In this document: in pieces, positions 59,075-64,000 of the stretch | Layout of the letters: every line of letters starts with the position of its first letter | Numbering within the stretch: the stretch's first letter is position 1 | NCBI GenBank assembly: GCA_964016885.1 | Contig: OZ024741.1 | Coordinates: 188,046,001 to 188,110,000 of the forward strand | Source of the DNA: Eledone cirrhosa | Lineage: Eukaryota | DNA length: 64,000 nt | Direction: 5' to 3' | The notes under the pieces: model-generated | The model's database searches: none | Told to the model about the DNA's origin: nothing | Seen by the model: the letters and a program-made list of their open reading frames with translations, nothing else | Made by a program: the position numbers and the translations under genes

Positions 59075-61210
59075 AAGCTTTCGATTATGTTCCCCACTCT
59101 TGGAAAGCTTTCGATTCTGTTCCCCACTCTTGGATGATAGAGGCCATCCAACTTGCTAAAGTCAAAGACATTATTATCAGAGCCATAGAGAAGCTGTCTT
59201 CTTCTTGGGCTACTATCCTAAGGTTAAAGACAGAGAAGGAGGACTCTATTTTCACTGATAAAATAAAATATTGCAGGGGTATATTTCAGCGGGACAGTCT
59301 CTCTGTGATATTATTCATCCTGTCATTAAACCCCTTGTCTTTTCTGCTCAAGAAATGTGAAGGATTCATCATTGGCTCACAGGAGGACAGGAATACGAAC
59401 CTAACCCATAACTTCTTTGTGGATGATCTGAAACTCTATGCCAAGAACATGGATGGGATGAAGAAAAATCTTGACCTGGTTACAACGTTCTCAAAGGATT
59501 TAGGAATGGAGTTTGGCCAAAATAAATGTTCATATATGACTGTAAAGCGGGGAAAAACCACAACCCAATGTAGCAACATTGTCATCAATGGCCTAACTGT
59601 TTCACCGATATCTGATGAAGACTGCTACAGATACCTGGGGATAGATGAGAACATATCCTATAATGGTATCTGTAATAAAGAACGCGTAACCAGGTAATAC
59701 TATACCCGATTAAGAAAGATCTGGTCATCGGAACTCTCTGCGCAAAACAAAACAGTGGCTCACAATGTGTTTGCTGTGCCTGTCCTAACACCAACGTTTG
59801 GAATACTCAATTGGACGATAGACGAAATCCGAGCAGATGATATTGGAACTCGAAAAATACTGAACAACACCGGAAACTTCCACATCAACAGTGACATAGA
59901 CCGCCTTTACTTGAAACGTAAGCAGGGAAGCAGAGGCCTAACATCAGTCCAGACAACATTTGAATGTCGCATCATATCTCTCCGACAACATCTACGAACC
60001 TCGAAGCGTAGGAGCCCGTTTCTCGAGCAAGTCTATCTGCATGAAACAGATAAGATCATGAGAGTTGGGAAGGAACTCCTCGAGAGATATTCCCTGTGTG
60101 ATAATCAAAAACTCACACCCAGGGATGTCGCTTAGCTGTATCGCAGTGAATCCATGGATGAAAAACTGCATGCCTATCAGCAAAATATCATGCATGGATA
60201 TGTTGCCAGGAAGCTCCAGAGTGAGAGTAATATAGATAAGGAAAGTAGTCTATCTTGGACCAACAACCACTATATTGGCTCCCACTTTGAAGGATACGCT
60301 TTTGCAATCCAGGAACAGGAGATTAATACGAAATATCTGATTCACAAAAGAAATAGGGATGCAGGCAAAACACCTAGATGTGATAACAAGTGCAGACTCT
60401 GCAGAACTAACATCGAGGATATCACCCATGTCATCAGCAGCTGCCCAAAGATGTCATCGCGGTACTATCTACCTATGAGGCATGATGTAGTGGCCAAAAC
60501 ACTGTACAATGCAGTTCGTAAAAAAGATATCCCGATAATAAACACATTAAAAGCTACAGCAATGTGGAAGACATCCATGTACATAATATGAAAGAGTACT
60601 GGTGGAATGTTCCAGTAAAAACCCCAATAAAATGCAGACATAACAGACTAGATATTATGATATGGGACAGGGAGAGGAAAGCATGTACAGTAGTGGAAAT
60701 TAGCTGCCCAGCAGATGCCAATATAATATCAAAGATTAGTGAAAAGGAGTATATTTATGCAGAACTGATGAGAAATCTGCAGATACTCCACCCTGATTAC
60801 ACCTTCAGATTTATGCCTGTGATTATTGGGGCACTGGGATATGTTAGTAACTGCCTCAATACAAATCTTGAGAAGCTAGGCTTCACATGAGCAGAAATAA
60901 CACAACTAGTTAGGAAATTACAAGTACAATCCATTAATGGAACAGTAAAAATATGTAAAACATTCCAAAAATGTTGCATCTAATAACTGCATAAATACAT
61001 GTACAGATGCAAAGCATATACACATGCACACATACAACCCAAAACATACACATCTACACACACAATAACATCCATATCTACACATGCATACATACATAAT
61101 CTACCTAGTTGATGTTATGTAAATTCCAATGAGAGAATCTTGTGTCTCTGTTAGAAACCGACTCTCTCTCTATTGGTAAACATTTGTGAAATTATAAAAC
61201 CAGAAGAACA
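59075..61210 (+). mobile_element. 5'-truncated R4/Dong-like (RLE) non-LTR retrotransposon with stops and a frameshift, between (TACA)n tracts
   Basis: KAFDSVPHSW, GIFQRDSLS, FFVDDLKLY, YRYLG; CRLC..EDITHVISSC, RHDVVA, HNRLDI, VVEISCP, PVIIGALG. Confidence 0.85.
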
Positions 61211-61516
61211 TATATACAATCATACATACATACATACATATATATACAATCATACATACATATATATATACATACATAAATACATACATACGTACACTCA
61301 TATACATACATAAGTAGGAACTTTAATAGTTCCCTACGGTCTATGGTCCATCCAGCTAGAGATGGCCCACTGCCCTATATATATTAATCATTAAAACCTG
61401 TCTATAAAGGAAATCATTTATCACCAACCTGCTCAGACCACAGTGTAATGATGCATCCAGCCCCGCCCCGTCACTAACTTCCGGTCTAGACATTCTGACT
61501 CATGGCATTCAGAGTT

Positions 61517-61597
<81 letters not shown>

Positions 61598-61640
61598 TTT
61601 TTATAACTGATATAAAGCACTCGACAAATTTTTGGAGTAG

Positions 61641-61996
61641 ATATACGATATTAATAAATGGAAACTATATTTATAAAACCATATCTATTTCATTATACAT
61701 ATTTCAGGGATACCACATTAACTTATGGTATGCCTTCATCAGACAAAATACAATATATAACAGTTTTACAAATAGGTTTGACGTACCCTTTAAAATACAA
61801 CCATTACTTTTGGAGGCTGTCTGTCAAAAGTAATGGTTGTATTTTAAAGGGTACGTCAAACCTATTTGTAAAACTGTTATATATTGTATTTTGTCTGATG
61901 AAGGCATACCATAATTTAATGTGGTATCCCTGAAATATGTATAATGAAATAGATATGGTTTTATAAATATAGTTTCCATTTATTAATATCGTATAT
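61641..61996. repeat. Fold-back element, ~172-bp arms, 12-nt spacer, hammerhead motif in each arm
   Basis: CCATTACTTTTG gaggctgtctgt CAAAAGTAATGG at centre. Confidence 0.9.
61887..61951 (+). ncRNA. Type I hammerhead ribozyme motif (mirror copy ~61686-61750 on the minus strand)
   Basis: TATTTTGT-CTGATGA-AGGcATACCATA atttaa TGTGGTATcCCT-GAAA-TATGTA-TA-ATGAAATA. Confidence 0.7.
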
Positions 61997-62008
61997 ATAT
62001 ATATATAT

Positions 62009-62362
<354 letters not shown>

Positions 62363-62363
62363 G

Positions 62364-62403
<40 letters not shown>

Positions 62404-62501
62404 ATGATTGCATCAGCTATATATATATATACGAAGACAGACGAGCTCGACACAGACGTCTGAAATCGTTCATCAGGATGAAATTTTATTTGAAGAGCTT
62501 G

Positions 62502-62553
<52 letters not shown>

Positions 62554-63014
62554 TCATCATCATCATCATCACCGTTTTACGTCCGTTCTTCCACGCTAGC
62601 ATGGGTTAGACGGGTTGTCCTGTTGTGGGCAGTGTCTGGTCGGCTGACCATGCCTTGCTCATACAGGAACTGATCTGGCTTGATTTCTACAGCTGGATGC
62701 CCTTCCTAACACCAACCTCATTTACAGTGAGTGCTGGGTGCTTTTTCGTGGCGCCTACACGTCCACTTTACAGTGTGGGCTGGGTGCTTTTTTGCCGTGG
62801 CACCTCCACGACCACCTTGCGGTGGGGGGGGGGGGGGGGGGGCATATTGTTTATATGCTTCAGCATGTACCCATGGGAGGTCGGGTACTCTGTATTACTG
62901 CGTGACGCCAGAAGTCACGGTCGTGTGTCATTGTCGTGTGTTATATATGTTTATCCTGGGTTCAATCGGGGGTAACCACAGTAAGTAAGGTACTCAATAC
63001 ATTGCAGAGTTTGA

Positions 63015-63128
63015 ATATTTGATATAGAAATGGCTTCTACAGAACTAGAAATCATCAAGGATTTTCCCGATGATTTGTTCCGAATGAAACAGTTCTAGTC
63101 CTGTAGAAGCCATTTCTATATTAAATAT
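63015..63128. repeat. Short inverted repeat, ~36-bp arms
   Basis: ATATAGAAATGGCTTCTACAGAACTAGAA / TTCTAGTCCTGTAGAAGCCATTTCTATAT. Confidence 0.8.
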
Positions 63129-63579
63129 ATATAGTTATATATTGTAAAAGAATTCCTTACACTTAATAATATAGTTATATATATATATTCTGAGTATTTT
63201 GCATCCTCCCTCTAACCTATCGCTCCCTTCTCCGCCTCAACCTACCCACACACTATCACACCCATACCATTATACCACCCTCCACCCTTGACCTATACCT
63301 CTACCCCTTTTATTTTTGTTTTTATTTTGGTGCTTATGTGTGTGTGCAAATGTATGCATATAGTTAAACATATACGTCCCCTCTCTCCCCTTCCCACCAC
63401 TCCCCCTCTTCCACCTCTCTCTTGCACGCGTGAACGCGAAGATCAATTATTGTATAGAGGTATTCACAATTGTTGTTGTGTTTGTTTAGCCCAAGGTTAG
63501 CCCTCACTGAACACATCTATAATGATCGAAAGCATAACCAGCCTATCTTTCTCACATTGCTAAACGTGGCCCTTGTGGA

Positions 63580-63830
63580 GGCCCGTGGCCTAATTGTATG
63601 TGTGTGTTGGACGTAAAATCATAATGCCGTTGGTTTGATGCCTGGATTGGGTTGTGTATTGTGTTCTTGAGCAAAACACTTCATTTAACGTTGCTCCAGT
63701 ATAATCAGCTGAAAATGAGTACCAGCAATAGCTGGGAGGAGGGGGGGTGTAGAGTTTCTATAGACTGGCGTCCTGACCAAGAGGATTATTGTACTCTCTG
63801 TCGCTTAACACCGCGAAACCGAGATACGCA
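63580..63830 (+). mobile_element. Degenerate SINE family B copy
   Basis: GTGGCCTAATTG..GGTTTGATGCC..TGTTCTTGAGCAAAACACTT..AAAATGAGTACCAG. Confidence 0.55.
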
Positions 63831-63968
63831 CCGGCATGTTGATAAGCACCAGTCTCGAGACAGACTTTAGACTTTTTACAACCTATTTAAGGAAGATTTA
63901 TAGGTGATGATGGTGGAGGTGACGGCAGTGTTGATAATAGTAGTTTTGGGGTGATAATGTGGGCGTTC

Positions 63969-64000
<32 letters not shown>

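Noticed and set aside
63064-63096. CCGATGA...GAAACAGTTC hammerhead-like core inside the short inverted repeat
   Set aside because: Core mismatch and no stem I in register; at best a decayed remnant

Overview
AT-rich, microsatellite-dense animal DNA (the SINE and simple-repeat content suggests a cephalopod such as Octopus, which is an inference). I could not identify a host protein-coding gene. (1) 4350-34719 holds five full-length, intact, head-to-tail ~6.03-kb L1/Tx1-type non-LTR retrotransposons (ORF1 with CCHC knuckle; ORF2 APE-RT-zinc finger). They are separated by an identical 54-bp ATTATTGTTGTT(ATT)14 spacer that equals the upstream flank. Copy 3 differs mostly at synonymous sites, which points to serial site-specific insertion rather than simple duplication. 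(2) 43963-47090 is a non-coding 467-bp tandem array (~5.85 units plus an inverted partial unit, flanked by (TA)n). Every unit carries a type I hammerhead ribozyme motif, making it a retrozyme-like element, and it lies ~2.3 kb from a Neptune-type Penelope-like element with ~610-bp inverted termini. (3) At least three further unrelated hammerhead-bearing repeats occur in inverted or fold-back layouts, including a candidate U3-A8 covariant core. The remainder is decayed RTE, R4/Dong-like, CRE-like and Tx1 fragments, tRNA-derived SINEs, MITEs and microsatellites. Ribozyme calls come from manual folding only.
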